64,000 nt of DNA from Parcubacteria group bacterium Gr01-1014_3 (GCA_007376445.1 VMGF01000001.1:21802-85801), one strand, 5' to 3'. Shown: positions 31,024 through 41,047, counted from the stretch's first letter. The notes: generated by a model from the letters alone, not told the origin. Numbers and translations: made by a program.

Positions 31024-31374
31024 TTACAATAAAATGAGCGTAAAAACTACTCCGCCGAAGGTGTCCAAAACTAGATCCAGTATGGTGTCAGGCAAAGTGA
31101 TCGTGCCCATCTTAAAGACTTTTTTGCGTAAACTCGGAACATTCCAAGCGATCCATTCCCAGATTTCCCACAAGAGACCTATCGCGAAAGTCGCCGCCAC
31201 GATCTCCCTTGGCTCTGAGAAAAAATTGCTGAAAAACATCGCCACGAAGAATCCTGCCGTGAAATGAGCGGCTTCAAATAACCAATAAACTTTCTCGTAG
31301 GGATACTTGGTACTGCCTATGGCGTAGGCAATGAAATAGACTGCCACGAGAGCGATAATGGAAATTACCAGCAT
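31024..31374 (-). CDS. small membrane protein
   Basis: HFTAG, WEIWE, DTILDL; hydrophobic. Confidence 0.75.
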   Translation of the reverse strand: MLVISIIALVAVYFIAYAIGSTKYPYEKVYWLFEAAHFTAGFFVAMFFSNFFSEPREIVAATFAIGLLWEIWEWIAWNVPSLRKKVFKMGTITLPDTILDLVLDTFGGVVFTLILL

Positions 31375-31390
31375 ATGCTAAAATAATACC

Positions 31391-31891
31391 ATGAATTCTG
31401 ACATCAAATTAATCATTGGCCTCGGGAATCCTGGAAGGAAATATGAAAACACCTACCACAGCGTTGGTTTTCTTTTTGTTGACTACTTGAAAGAAAACCA
31501 ACAAATTTTCAATTTTAAATTTTCAATTTTAAAATCTACCGAGTATATGAATAAGTCCGGAAAATTCGTCGCCGAAGCAGTAAAAAAAGAAGGTATTGAA
31601 TCGGAGGAATTATTGGTCGCTCACGACGACAGCGACTTAGAACTTGGAACTTATAAACTTCAGATAGGGCGTGGCGCGGGCGGTCATCATGGAGTGGAAA
31701 GCATTCAGCAACACCTTAAGACCAACGAATTTTGGCGATTGCGTATCGGCATCCGACCCTCGCCCTCCGAAGCTTCAACGAAGGATGGGCGCCACCTAAA
31801 AGCCGGGGAATTTGTGCTGAAAAAAATCTCTCCCGTAAATAAAAAAATCCTCGAAAAAGTTTTCGAGAAAATTGCGGAAGAATTGAAATAA
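31391..31891 (+). CDS. pth: peptidyl-tRNA hydrolase
   Basis: GLGNPG, YMNKSG, HDD, GGHHG, RLRIGI. Confidence 0.95.
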   Translation: MNSDIKLIIGLGNPGRKYENTYHSVGFLFVDYLKENQQIFNFKFSILKSTEYMNKSGKFVAEAVKKEGIESEELLVAHDDSDLELGTYKLQIGRGAGGHHGVESIQQHLKTNEFWRLRIGIRPSPSEASTKDGRHLKAGEFVLKKISPVNKKILEKVFEKIAEELK

Positions 31892-31920
31892 AAAAACCGG
31901 CTTAATGCCGGTTAAGAAAA

Positions 31921-32277
31921 TTAGATTCCGTGGTGGTCCAAAACGATGTGCGGGCCAACCGGTTTTACGGTTACCTTGGCGTTATTGAGAAGCGTCAGCC
32001 CCTCGCTCGGCGGAACCTTAGGCCATTTCTTGGCGAAGCGCTTGAGAAACAACGCGTCCGCGAGCTCCCGAGTCTCCTCGATGATCACCACCGGACCATG
32101 GCCGTCCTTGGGAACTTTCTGCTCATAAATAAAGACTTTGAGCCTGAGGATCATAACAGCAGCGCGAAGGAGAGTAGTCGAACGTTGCGCTCTCTTGTTT
32201 TCTTTGTCCACCCAATTAAGAAAAGACTTAGCCCTTTCAAGCTCTTCAAGCGTCATCTTTTTTAGTGGATCGCCCAC
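31921..32277 (-). CDS. hypothetical protein (SD-led, GTG start)
   Basis: TAGGAGG upstream; bidirectional terminator 31890-31920. Confidence 0.68.
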   Translation of the reverse strand: MGDPLKKMTLEELERAKSFLNWVDKENKRAQRSTTLLRAAVMILRLKVFIYEQKVPKDGHGPVVIIEETRELADALFLKRFAKKWPKVPPSEGLTLLNNAKVTVKPVGPHIVLDHHGI

Positions 32278-32323
32278 AAAACCTCCTATAAATGATCTGG
32301 CCAGATTGTACGATAATTTTTCC

Positions 32324-33808
32324 TTATTGTCCAGTTACTTTAAAGCTCAAAGAAAAACTGAATCCTATGTCAGAATTCGGCTGAATATCGGAAAGCGGCA
32401 GGGCAACTTCGGAAAAGGCAGTGTCTTTGGAAAGCGCGTCTTTAAAGGCCACGATATTTTTTTCACTAGCCGCCTGCCCGTCGAATTTAGCGGTATCATT
32501 GGTCAGATTCAATTTTTCTATCGTAATACCATTGGCACGGGTTAAGCTCCGAATCTTATTGATCACCGGAGAAACCGGCCCCGCTTCACTTTCCGCCAAC
32601 GACACCAAGTTAACTAAGTTATTAAAACTCTCCGCCTCGGATCGTAGCCGCGAAATTTCTTCAATAGAAACTAGCGCGCTGCCGGTCAACGCCTGATCCG
32701 CCGTGCGCGCCTGAATGATAAAAGCGATATCGGTCGCGCCAAATGAAAGAGATAAAAATGCCAGAACACTCGCGAAAACCTTCCGCCAGCTTCTGATGAA
32801 GTTGATCCAGGTATGAATATAATAATTATTTCCAGTCTTTTTGGGATTCAAAGAAATCCCCTCGTCTTTATTGGGCGCAATATTTCCCCGCAAAGCCGCG
32901 CCAACGGACTGATACCATTTCGGCGAAAGATATGGAAAATCGTTAATTAGAATACTCTGCATCGGAATGCCTAGACCCAAAAGAAGATCAGTCAGCTTCT
33001 CGCTCGCGAATTCGCTGATCAGGATCAGCGCGGCCGGATTGCGCCCAAGGCTAGCTCCGCTTTCGGCGAAAAATGTGGAAATTTCTTTGAGTAAGCTGTC
33101 ATTCACCGCTTTTTCCATCAAAGTCTTACCGCCGACTTCCTGATAGATCCTCAGCCAGGAAAAATATTTCTGGCCGAAGAGATTGCCATCTCGTGTCAAA
33201 AGCATATCCAAGCCGTCATTCTTAACTAGAGCGATCGCGTACGCCTCGCCGGGCAGAAAACCGCCGCCATAATTACCCAAGAATCTGGAAATTGAAAGCC
33301 CGGCGAACTCTACCGCGCGGACGGTGAATCCGGCTTTATCCGCCACGTTCGCGAAGGAATCAATGATCTCTTTTCGCGCGTAAACGCCCAAAAAATCCAA
33401 GCGATGCTGGTCATCCGCTTTATCCAATATCTGATAATCGTGATAAGCCACGTCTATCGGCATTGGAGCGGCCATGTGCAAATTCAGCTTCGCCACCTCG
33501 TCCGGCTTGGATTTTTGCGTAACCGGTACGGCAAAATTCTTTGTCTGGATATAGTTCTGCGGAATCGTAAGAACGACATGCGAATCCCGATCGAAGTCCG
33601 GAATAAACGCCTGAAGTTTTTTCAAAGCGGCAATCAGCTGGTCCGGCTCTGCCACCGCTCCGCCAACCACCGTGCCAGGCAGAAGCGGCACCGCTTCATT
33701 GACCAGATAACTGCCAGACAGCTTGGAATACCGGATTTCATCTTCGGCGATCTCCAATCCCCCGGTCTCCGGAAACGGAGCAAAAAGTTTTTTTAAAATA
33801 CGTAGCAT
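32324..33808 (-). CDS. PilM-PilN-like type IV pilus assembly fusion protein
   Basis: GLEI actin-like N-terminus, TM helix, PilN-like C-terminal domain; downstream of a pilin. Confidence 0.75.
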   Translation of the reverse strand: MLRILKKLFAPFPETGGLEIAEDEIRYSKLSGSYLVNEAVPLLPGTVVGGAVAEPDQLIAALKKLQAFIPDFDRDSHVVLTIPQNYIQTKNFAVPVTQKSKPDEVAKLNLHMAAPMPIDVAYHDYQILDKADDQHRLDFLGVYARKEIIDSFANVADKAGFTVRAVEFAGLSISRFLGNYGGGFLPGEAYAIALVKNDGLDMLLTRDGNLFGQKYFSWLRIYQEVGGKTLMEKAVNDSLLKEISTFFAESGASLGRNPAALILISEFASEKLTDLLLGLGIPMQSILINDFPYLSPKWYQSVGAALRGNIAPNKDEGISLNPKKTGNNYYIHTWINFIRSWRKVFASVLAFLSLSFGATDIAFIIQARTADQALTGSALVSIEEISRLRSEAESFNNLVNLVSLAESEAGPVSPVINKIRSLTRANGITIEKLNLTNDTAKFDGQAASEKNIVAFKDALSKDTAFSEVALPLSDIQPNSDIGFSFSLSFKVTGQ

Positions 33809-33859
33809 CCCGTTTTTTATTCGCAATATTAATCTTTTATTTGTATATTAGCGATTACT

Positions 33860-34420
33860 TTAAAGGTTCTTCGCGCTGGTATTACCAACTTCGTAAACAC
33901 TTTCATTGTCCCCGCCGTCAACGAACTCCACGTCATCGTCGCCATCTTTTTGATAGCGGGCACTTTCCATCTTGGCGTTGAATTCAAAAGAAAGATTGGT
34001 GGTGTTGCACCGGTAAGTATAAGCGTGCTCTGGGCTGTTGATCGGATCAACTGGCAATTCGGTGATCGGCGCGCCGCCGGGAATGTTGGTTAAGTTGATC
34101 GGCAGCCAACCGGTACCATCAACCATCACGCTGGTGCTGTTGAATTGACTGGGAGATCCGGAAAAATTCTCCACCGCGCCTTCCACTGAAGCCCAGAAAT
34201 TATCTTTGCAAATCCCCGCGCCATCGAGGTCCGGTTTTTTTAAAACGGCCAGATAAAGTGAAACCGCTTTTTTTAAAGTAGTCAGATCAGCGACTCTTTG
34301 GGCATCACGGGATTCCCGGAAGCGTTCTGCCGGATTTAACACGGCTAAAACCACCAGCGTAATGACCGCTAATATACCCACAACTACGCCAAACTCAACA
34401 AGCGTGAATCCGCGTCTCAT
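33860..34420 (-). CDS. type IV pilin-like protein
   Basis: RRG|FTLVE prepilin motif, RDAQRVADL, LPVDP. Confidence 0.9.
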   Translation of the reverse strand: MRRGFTLVEFGVVVGILAVITLVVLAVLNPAERFRESRDAQRVADLTTLKKAVSLYLAVLKKPDLDGAGICKDNFWASVEGAVENFSGSPSQFNSTSVMVDGTGWLPINLTNIPGGAPITELPVDPINSPEHAYTYRCNTTNLSFEFNAKMESARYQKDGDDDVEFVDGGDNESVYEVGNTSAKNL

Positions 34421-34434
34421 ATATTCAGTATAAC

Positions 34435-34467
34435 AAAAAGCGCCCGGATTAACCGAGGCGCCTTTTG
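34435..34467 (-). terminator. intrinsic terminator of the 16S transcription unit
   Basis: GGCGCCTCGG-TTAAT-CCGGGCGC-TTTTT on the minus strand. Confidence 0.65.
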
Positions 34468-34748
34468 TAAGATCAAGAGTCCAAAACTTTGTAGTTGCCC
34501 CATAATCCGCTGAATTTCTTCAGCTGATAATCGAGACTTAAGGCTCCTCGACTAAAACCTTTTGCCTTATTTGCATAAGGCTACCGACTAACTTACTAAC
34601 AAACCGAAGTTTGAAAGTTTTAATTTAAATGATCCACGCACAGCTTCCGCTACGCGTGCCTTGTTACGACTTAGCCCCTGTTACCGATCCTACCTTGATC
34701 CACCGAAGTGAACTTCAGGTATTACCAGCTTCCTTGACTTGACGGGCG

Positions 34749-35596
34749 AATATTTTCTCTAAAACTAGAGAATTGATGTTCCCACCGCACGGACGGTTTT
34801 CCCGTATACGGCGAGCTCAATGCATTTTTTGCTTTAGCTTATAAAGATCACGCAAACCGCTAGGAATAAGGTGTTCGCCTTTGCGGATCCTACGCATAAT
34901 CTCACAGAAAATTTGGAAATCGTACCTCTTTGAAGGAAATCGTAATCGATTTTCTTTGAAAAACGGTATAATTATTTCTGCCAAATCTGTTCTGTTAGCT
35001 ACTTCGAAACGATAGCAATGCTGATGATTTTCGCGATTGTCTTTTTGAAAGTAGACATTCCCGCATTTAAAGTATTCCTTTAAAGCATCCAGTATTACCT
35101 TATCCTTTTCGATAAGCTTTACGTAAAATCTAGGCTCTATCTTTACTCTTCTAGTTGTTCTGTTGATTTGATCAGGATTACGAACATAAGCAGTAAAACT
35201 GCCTTCGCCATCCACCAAACCAACGATGTAATCTTTAGTTAACATTGAGTGAGTGCCTTCATCCCGCTAATCGAGACTACTATGACTCAGCTGACTTCTG
35301 ACGCTGCGTCAGTTTTATGATACCTCGATATTGCTATCGAGAACAGCATCAGATCTCCACAGGTCACGTAAAATTCTCTTCTTAGCATCCTAGACAAGCC
35401 GTAGATAAAGTCTTCCCCGCCCTCACCACCCACTGGCAGGTCGACTGGCTTTGTTAATGTCTGGCTGTTATTTGCTTTCAGATCCTCCACCGAACACCTC
35501 GCGATGCTCGGCTATCTTTTAGCTACGTTCCGATGACGGACATCGGAAGAATGGATTTTAACCATTTAGAAAATTACGCTGCTGCGCGCTTTTATT
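34749..35596 (-). mobile_element. group II-like intron in 16S at about E. coli 1399/1400
   Basis: Interrupts GTACTCAC|CGCCCGTC; domain V-like hairpin at 34783-34813; EBS1 candidate GUGGGU at 35428-35433. Confidence 0.8.
34817..35245 (-). CDS. single-motif LAGLIDADG homing endonuclease (intron-encoded)
   Basis: YIVGLVDGEGSF, IIPFF, SKRYDFQIF. Confidence 0.93.
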   Translation of the reverse strand: MLTKDYIVGLVDGEGSFTAYVRNPDQINRTTRRVKIEPRFYVKLIEKDKVILDALKEYFKCGNVYFQKDNRENHQHCYRFEVANRTDLAEIIIPFFKENRLRFPSKRYDFQIFCEIMRRIRKGEHLIPSGLRDLYKLKQKMH

Positions 35597-35912
35597 GTGA
35601 GTACAGGACTCGAGAACGTATTCACCGTGGTATAGCTGACCCACGATTACTAGCGATTCCAGCTTCATGAGGGCGAGTTGCAGCCCTCAATCTGAACTGA
35701 GGCCATTTTTGATGGGATTAGCTCCGCCTTGCGGCTTGGCAACCCTTTGTAATGGCCATTGTAGCACGAGTGTGGCCCAGGGCATCAGAGGGCCATGCGG
35801 ATTTGACGTCATCCCCGCCTTCCTCCGTGTTAAACACGGCAGTCTCCCGCGACATATAAAACGCAGGATAGGGGTTGCGCTCGTTAACCCACTTAAGGGA
35901 ACGCTTCAAAGT

Positions 35913-35944
<32 letters not shown>

Positions 35945-36067
35945 TCACGTCCTTGAGAGACGACGCACCTTTCGGCGCGTCTTCGTGACCATTTCAAGCC
36001 CTGGTAAGGTTCTTCGTTTATTGTCGAATTAAACCTCATGCTCCACCGCTTGTGCGAGTCCCCGTCT

Positions 36068-36099
<32 letters not shown>

Positions 36100-36609
36100 T
36101 CCCAGGCGGTCAACTTAACGCGTTAGCTACGCCACTCCGAGGGTCGATACTCGAAACAGCAAGTTGACATAGTTTAGGGCGTGGACTACAAGGGTATCTA
36201 ATCCTTTTTGCTCCCCACGCTTTCGTGCAATGAGAGTCAGGAGTGCTCCAGTTAAATGCCTTCGCCTTTGGTATTCCTCACAATATCAACGGATTTCACC
36301 CCTACACCGTGAGTTCTATTAACCTCTAGCACCCTCTAGTCAGGCCGTATCTTCTGCGAGCTTCCCGTTGAGCGGGAAGATTTTACAAAAGACGCACCCG
36401 ACCTCCTGCGCACGCTTTACGCCCAATAAATCCGGATAACGCTCGTGGCCTTCGTATTACCGCGGCTGCTGGCACGAAGTTTGCAGCCACTTATTCCATG
36501 GGTACAATCAATAACTTTTTCCCCATTAAAAGCAGTTTACGATCCGAAGACCTTCATCCTGCACGCGGCGTCGCTCGATCAGACTTTCGTCCATTGTCGA
36601 ATATTCTCG

Positions 36610-36652
<43 letters not shown>

Positions 36653-37230
36653 CGTTGGGGATCAGCCTCTCAGCCCCCCTACCGGTCATAGCCTTGGTGA
36701 GCCATTACCTCACCAACTAGCTGATCGGACCTAGGCCGCTCCCGAAGTGACTTGCGTCTTTCGTCTTTCGACAATATCGGACATTAGTCTATCTTTCGAT
36801 AGATTATTTCCGTCTTCGGGGTGCGTACCAAGGTGTTACTAACCCGTTCGCCACTATACTTTTATCTCTCTTGACTTGATATAATCTCATCTTAATTAAC
36901 AAAAGTACCGTTCGACTTGCATGCCTTATCCACGCCGCCAGCGTTCATCCTGGACCAGGATCAAATCCTCAAAAAAAATTACCGAACATTGAATTTATTT
37001 TAGTAAATTCACCATTCGCTAACTGTTGGGACAACTACAAAATTCTTGACTAAATTTTGACTCGATCTTGATTTTTAATTCTTGGTTGTGTATACAACAC
37101 ACTGCAATTTTCGAAGTTCAGTCGGCTGCGCTTTTTTAATAACGCATCCGGCCCGCTCTCCCTGAATCCCAGAGGGAACCGGCCGGATGAATTAAAACCT
37201 TTATTCACTTGTCGCCTATCTGTGAAAAGA

Positions 37231-37260
37231 AGTATATATGAAAGCGCTGTTTCGTGTCAA
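37231..37260 (-). promoter_or_regulatory. rRNA promoter
   Basis: TTGACA-18-TATACT upstream of 16S; boxA-like GAACTTCGAAAATTGCA near 37103-37119. Confidence 0.65.
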
Positions 37261-37462
37261 CTGTCACAAAACAGCGAATTTTCAATTCTCAATTTTGCAA
37301 TTTTTGTCCCTTCGGGACATCTCCTGTAGGAAGACAATTAATTTACAATGAATTAATGTCCAAACAGTTTGATAATTTTATTTTAAGCATTGAATGAAAA
37401 TTGGTATTTGGAAATTGAAAAATTAAGCCCCGCTTTGCCTTAAGGCAAAGCGGGGCTGGAAA

Positions 37463-38086
37463 TTACTCCTTCTTGTTCATGTCCCGGATCTTCTCCGCGA
37501 GGTCCTTCACGGTGTCAGCCACTCCGGCGAACTTCTCGAAGAGCTCCAAAAGACCCTGGGCAAAGGCGCCTTCGGACTGCTTGGAGTCGATCTTCACATA
37601 CTCATAATCGCAGTACACGAGCATGTCGTTCTTGAACATGAACAGGATCAAGAGGTCGTCGCCGTTTTGCGCTGTCTCCTTCGTGCTGAAGTAGAAGCGA
37701 TCTACGTATGTGTTCACGTCCTTGTAGGGAATGAAGATCGCGTGATACTGGTTCATGTCCCGGAGCAGGGCATCCACCTTGCTCTTGTCTTCCTCGCCCG
37801 TCTTGGTCACCTCGGCCAGCGCGCCCTGGAAAACGCCTTCTCCAAAGATCCTCCGGAAAGCCGTCCGCCCGGACAAACGCCGCACGTTCGCTGACTTGAA
37901 GTTCCAACCCGCCGACTCGAGATCCTTCGTCGCGACGCTGCCCTTGGGCTTCTTTTCGATCTCCTCGTAGGCCTTGGAGATCTTCTCGAGATCATTCTCG
38001 AAAAGACCGGTCTTCACCACGTCCGTCTTCGTGATCGTGCACCCGATTCCTAGCGGAATTAACATCGCGAAAACCAGTAGCCTCAT
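37463..38086 (-). CDS. lipoprotein, GC-rich codons (SD-led)
   Basis: Lipobox GIGC; TAGGAG; GTTCTTTGAC leader; TTGACA promoter near 38165. Confidence 0.8.
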   Translation of the reverse strand: MRLLVFAMLIPLGIGCTITKTDVVKTGLFENDLEKISKAYEEIEKKPKGSVATKDLESAGWNFKSANVRRLSGRTAFRRIFGEGVFQGALAEVTKTGEEDKSKVDALLRDMNQYHAIFIPYKDVNTYVDRFYFSTKETAQNGDDLLILFMFKNDMLVYCDYEYVKIDSKQSEGAFAQGLLELFEKFAGVADTVKDLAEKIRDMNKKE

Positions 38087-38316
38087 ACGTTTCTCCTATT
38101 ATTTCGTGACAGGAACAGTCAAAGAACTTGACTTACATACTACTCTATTTCAAAGTATTTGTCAAATGGGAAATTTTAAGTTTTAAATTATAAATTTTAA
38201 TTTAATTATTTAATTTCAAAATTTAAAATTAATTTATAATTAAAAATTTAGAATTTAAAATTATCAAATACCTCTTGCTTTTTCGTAATTTCTCGTATAT
38301 AATGTGTATTAAGTTT

Positions 38317-38425
38317 ATGAAGCAAGACATTCACCTCCCGATTTCTTAATTCTTAAAATTAAGAAATCGAGGATCCTCGATTTTGTAGACAAATCAAAGA
38401 TTTGTACAAAATCGGGACAAAATAC
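38317..38425 (+). pseudogene. duplicated rpmE 5' end (MKQDIHPKY) split by an 82-bp palindromic element
   Basis: ATG AAG CAA GAC ATT CAC C[38336-38417]CA AAA TAC. Confidence 0.7.
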
Positions 38426-38429
38426 CTTT

Positions 38430-38696
38430 ATGAAACAAGATATACATCCAAAATACTATCCGGACGCGAAGGTAAAATGCGTCTGCGGCAATTCTTTCAC
38501 GGTTGGTTCCACCAAGCCGGAAATTAACGTTGAAATTTGCTACAACTGCCACCCGTTTTATACCGGCAAAGAAAACCTTATCGATACCGCCGGTAAAGTT
38601 GAGCGCTTCCGCGCCCGCCGCGCGAAGGCCGCCGAAGCCCCGAAGGTAACCAAGAAACCGAGAGCAAAGAAACAGGCAAAAAATAAGATAAAATAG
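38430..38696 (+). CDS. rpmE: 50S ribosomal protein L31 (Zn-binding type)
   Basis: [18 protein letters not shown]. Confidence 0.97.
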   Translation: MKQDIHPKYYPDAKVKCVCGNSFTVGSTKPEINVEICYNCHPFYTGKENLIDTAGKVERFRARRAKAAEAPKVTKKPRAKKQAKNKIK

Positions 38697-38883
38697 CTCC
38701 GGACAACCACTTTTCGGAAACAGAATAAAACGGCTCCTGCGGCCGTTTTTTCTTCGCCCTCAGCACGCCGCTCCGACTTATGTCGGAGACCGATTTTAGG
38801 AAGACTAGCCGGCGTGCCTCCGGGATGTTCCGAAAAATTAGTTGTCCTCCGCCCTGTTATTTGGTAAATTGATAGCGTTAAAT

Positions 38884-39618
38884 ATGGAAAAAACTTTCGA
38901 CAAAATCTATCTCGAAGTAAGGGCCGGAACCGGTGGCGATGAAGCTTCGATCTTCGCCGGTGATCTGGTCCATATGTATCAAAAATATGCCGTCAAACAA
39001 GGCTGGCGTTTTAGTATTTCCGATTCCTCCCCTGGCACGATCGGCGGCTACAAGACTTTCATCGGCCGCGTGGATGGCAAGGGTTGCTATGAAGCTTATA
39101 AAAATGAATCCGGCACCCATCGCGTTCAGCGAGTCCCTGCCACGGAAAAGTCCGGTCGGGTACACACTTCCACCGCCACGGTAGCGATTCTCCCGGTCGT
39201 CGAACCAAAAGAAGTTAATTTAAATCCGAGCGATCTCGAGGTTACCTTTTCCCGCGCCGGTGGCCCGGGCGGTCAGAACGTGAACAAGATCGAATCCGCA
39301 GTCCGTATTTTACATAAACCAAGCGGAATCGTGGTTTCTTGCCGTGAAGAACGAGATCAGCGCTCCAACCGCGAACGCGCTATGGAAATGCTTTTGGCTA
39401 AACTCTATGAAATGCAACGCGCCAAAGAATTTGGCGACGTCACCGAAGCCCGCCGCGCTCAAGTTGGCACCGCCGACCGCTCTGAAAAGATCCGCACCTA
39501 CAACTTCCCAGATGATCGCATCACCGACCATCGCTTTGGCGTTAAAATCCACAACGTGGAAGAAGTTTTGAATGGCAACTTTGACGCAATTCTTAAAAAG
39601 ATAAATAAGCAGCCATAA
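38884..39618 (+). CDS. prfA: peptide chain release factor 1, N-terminally shortened
   Basis: GTGGDEA, HRVQRVPATE (PxT), GGQ, RTYNFP. Confidence 0.9.
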   Translation: MEKTFDKIYLEVRAGTGGDEASIFAGDLVHMYQKYAVKQGWRFSISDSSPGTIGGYKTFIGRVDGKGCYEAYKNESGTHRVQRVPATEKSGRVHTSTATVAILPVVEPKEVNLNPSDLEVTFSRAGGPGGQNVNKIESAVRILHKPSGIVVSCREERDQRSNRERAMEMLLAKLYEMQRAKEFGDVTEARRAQVGTADRSEKIRTYNFPDDRITDHRFGVKIHNVEEVLNGNFDAILKKINKQP

Positions 39619-39751
39619 AGTTTACCCTGAGCCCGCCGAAGGGTCATTGCGAGCCAACATTCCAACATTCTTGAGAATGTTGGAATGTTGTGCGTGGCAA
39701 TCTTACATTTTTGCAAATAAAAAAACCCGAATCTTATGATTAGGGTTTTTG

Positions 39752-39994
39752 TTAGTGAGGTTTACCGCAATTCTCGCATTTTGGAATAAATACGGATTTT
39801 GATTTTGAGATCTTTTTTTCTTTTAGTGTAACCAATCCGTCTCCAATCAATCCCCAAATAATACTTCTCACATTATAAGACTCAAATCTGTTCTGTATCC
39901 GATCAACCAATTCTTGAGCATCTTTTGATCTTTCAGCGCTTTGAAGTTCCGTAAGAATCGTACAAATAACTTGGCAAAGCTTAGTCGGCCTCAT
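39752..39994 (-). CDS. small winged-helix-like plus CxxC protein (SD-led)
   Basis: AAGGAGG; IIWGLIGDGLVTL; CENC. Confidence 0.65.
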   Translation of the reverse strand: MRPTKLCQVICTILTELQSAERSKDAQELVDRIQNRFESYNVRSIIWGLIGDGLVTLKEKKISKSKSVFIPKCENCGKPH

Positions 39995-40233
39995 CGCGCG
40001 CCTCCTTTTCTGCTCATACCGAGGTGCTTTCTCAAAACATCGCGCAGTTGTACTTGCTGTTCTTTCGTGAGCCGCAATGAGCCATCACCAGGCAAAATCG
40101 TGAAAACATACCGATCCTTATTCGGAAGCAGGTCAGAAATGGAAAACCCATATTTCTTGAGATCACGATTGATCGCCCGCTCCTTCTTCTTCAGCTGTTT
40201 CCTCAACTCTTTCGTAATCAGAACAATACCCAT
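39991..40233 (-). CDS. small basic hypothetical protein (SD-led)
   Basis: TGGAGG upstream of ATG 40233. Confidence 0.68.
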   Translation of the reverse strand: MGIVLITKELRKQLKKKERAINRDLKKYGFSISDLLPNKDRYVFTILPGDGSLRLTKEQQVQLRDVLRKHLGMSRKGGAR

Positions 40234-40291
40234 ATTCTTTCCTCCATTCAACGAACCGCCTACAAAGTAACAGTTTCAACACAAAATCACA

Positions 40292-40362
40292 AGTACTATC
40301 ACGCGTGATAGTGCCCACCGCTTTCCCCATAGGAAAGTACTTTCCTATGGGGAAAGCGGTGG
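40292..40362. repeat. CTWTC-N6/7-GAWAG palindrome array 2
   Basis: Three units abutting the minus-strand TTGTGA-17-TACTTT promoter. Confidence 0.8.
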
Positions 40363-40403
40363 TGATAAAAATCGGCAAATAAAAAACGACGATCTTATCG
40401 TCG

Positions 40404-40655
40404 TTATCTCGATATCTCTTCGTAAGCTTTACGCAATGCCACTACTCCTGGGCATTTCTTGGTCGGGCACTTTATATTCCAGACTGACACCTTGCACTCA
40501 TCGTCAGCACGCGGGCCATACTCTATGATTTGTCCGGACTTAACCATTTTTTCGTCCGCTTTATCAAGAATAAAGTAACAGCCACAATCATGACATTTGA
40601 GCTTTTTCCCAATCCAAGATGGCGATCTTACTTTACCCTTCTTAATAATACGCAT
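40404..40655 (-). CDS. zinc-ribbon protein, paralog 1 (SD-led)
   Basis: WIG-x4-CHDC...CPTKKC; GAAAGGA upstream. Confidence 0.72.
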   Translation of the reverse strand: MRIIKKGKVRSPSWIGKKLKCHDCGCYFILDKADEKMVKSGQIIEYGPRADDECKVSVWNIKCPTKKCPGVVALRKAYEEISR

Positions 40656-40708
40656 CTGAAATCCTTTCAAGGTACGACCACACTCTACAATAAAAAGGCT
40701 TATTTCGC

Positions 40709-40790
40709 AAGTACTATCACGCGTGATAGTACTATCCCATGTGATAGTGGCGAATATTCCATTATCCAGCCATGGCTGGATAATGGAATA
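40709..40790. repeat. CTWTC-N6-GAWAG palindrome array 3
   Basis: Two tandem 18-bp units plus a perfect ~34-bp palindrome, abutting TTGCGA-17-TAGAGT. Confidence 0.8.
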
Positions 40791-40801
40791 AAACAAGCGA
40801 C

Positions 40802-41047
40802 CTATTTGGTCGCTTGGCGTAGTTGCTTGATCAGAGTATCGAACACCGCTTTCCGCATAAAATAATGAGGAGCGTGACTGCCACTCTTCCAGCGATCAAC
40901 GGTTGGCAGAGAACAACCAAATTCGCGAGCTATATCTCTTTGGGTTAAAAATCCATTATCAATAGTCATCGCGATAATCTCCTGAAAATCTTTATCGCTT
41001 TTGGTTGAGGCATTCTCGATCTTGGCGATTAGTTCTTCTCTGGTCAC
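40802..41047 (-). CDS. XRE/Cro-type HTH protein (GTG start)
   Basis: LTQRDIAREFGCSLPTVDRWKSG...P. Confidence 0.8.
   Translation of the reverse strand: MTREELIAKIENASTKSDKDFQEIIAMTIDNGFLTQRDIAREFGCSLPTVDRWKSGSHAPHYFMRKAVFDTLIKQLRQATK

Noticed and set aside
34749-35596. Group I intron reading of the 16S insertion, suggested by the LAGLIDADG ORF
   Set aside because: The upstream exon ends in C rather than U, the insert does not end in G, and a domain V-like hairpin is present.
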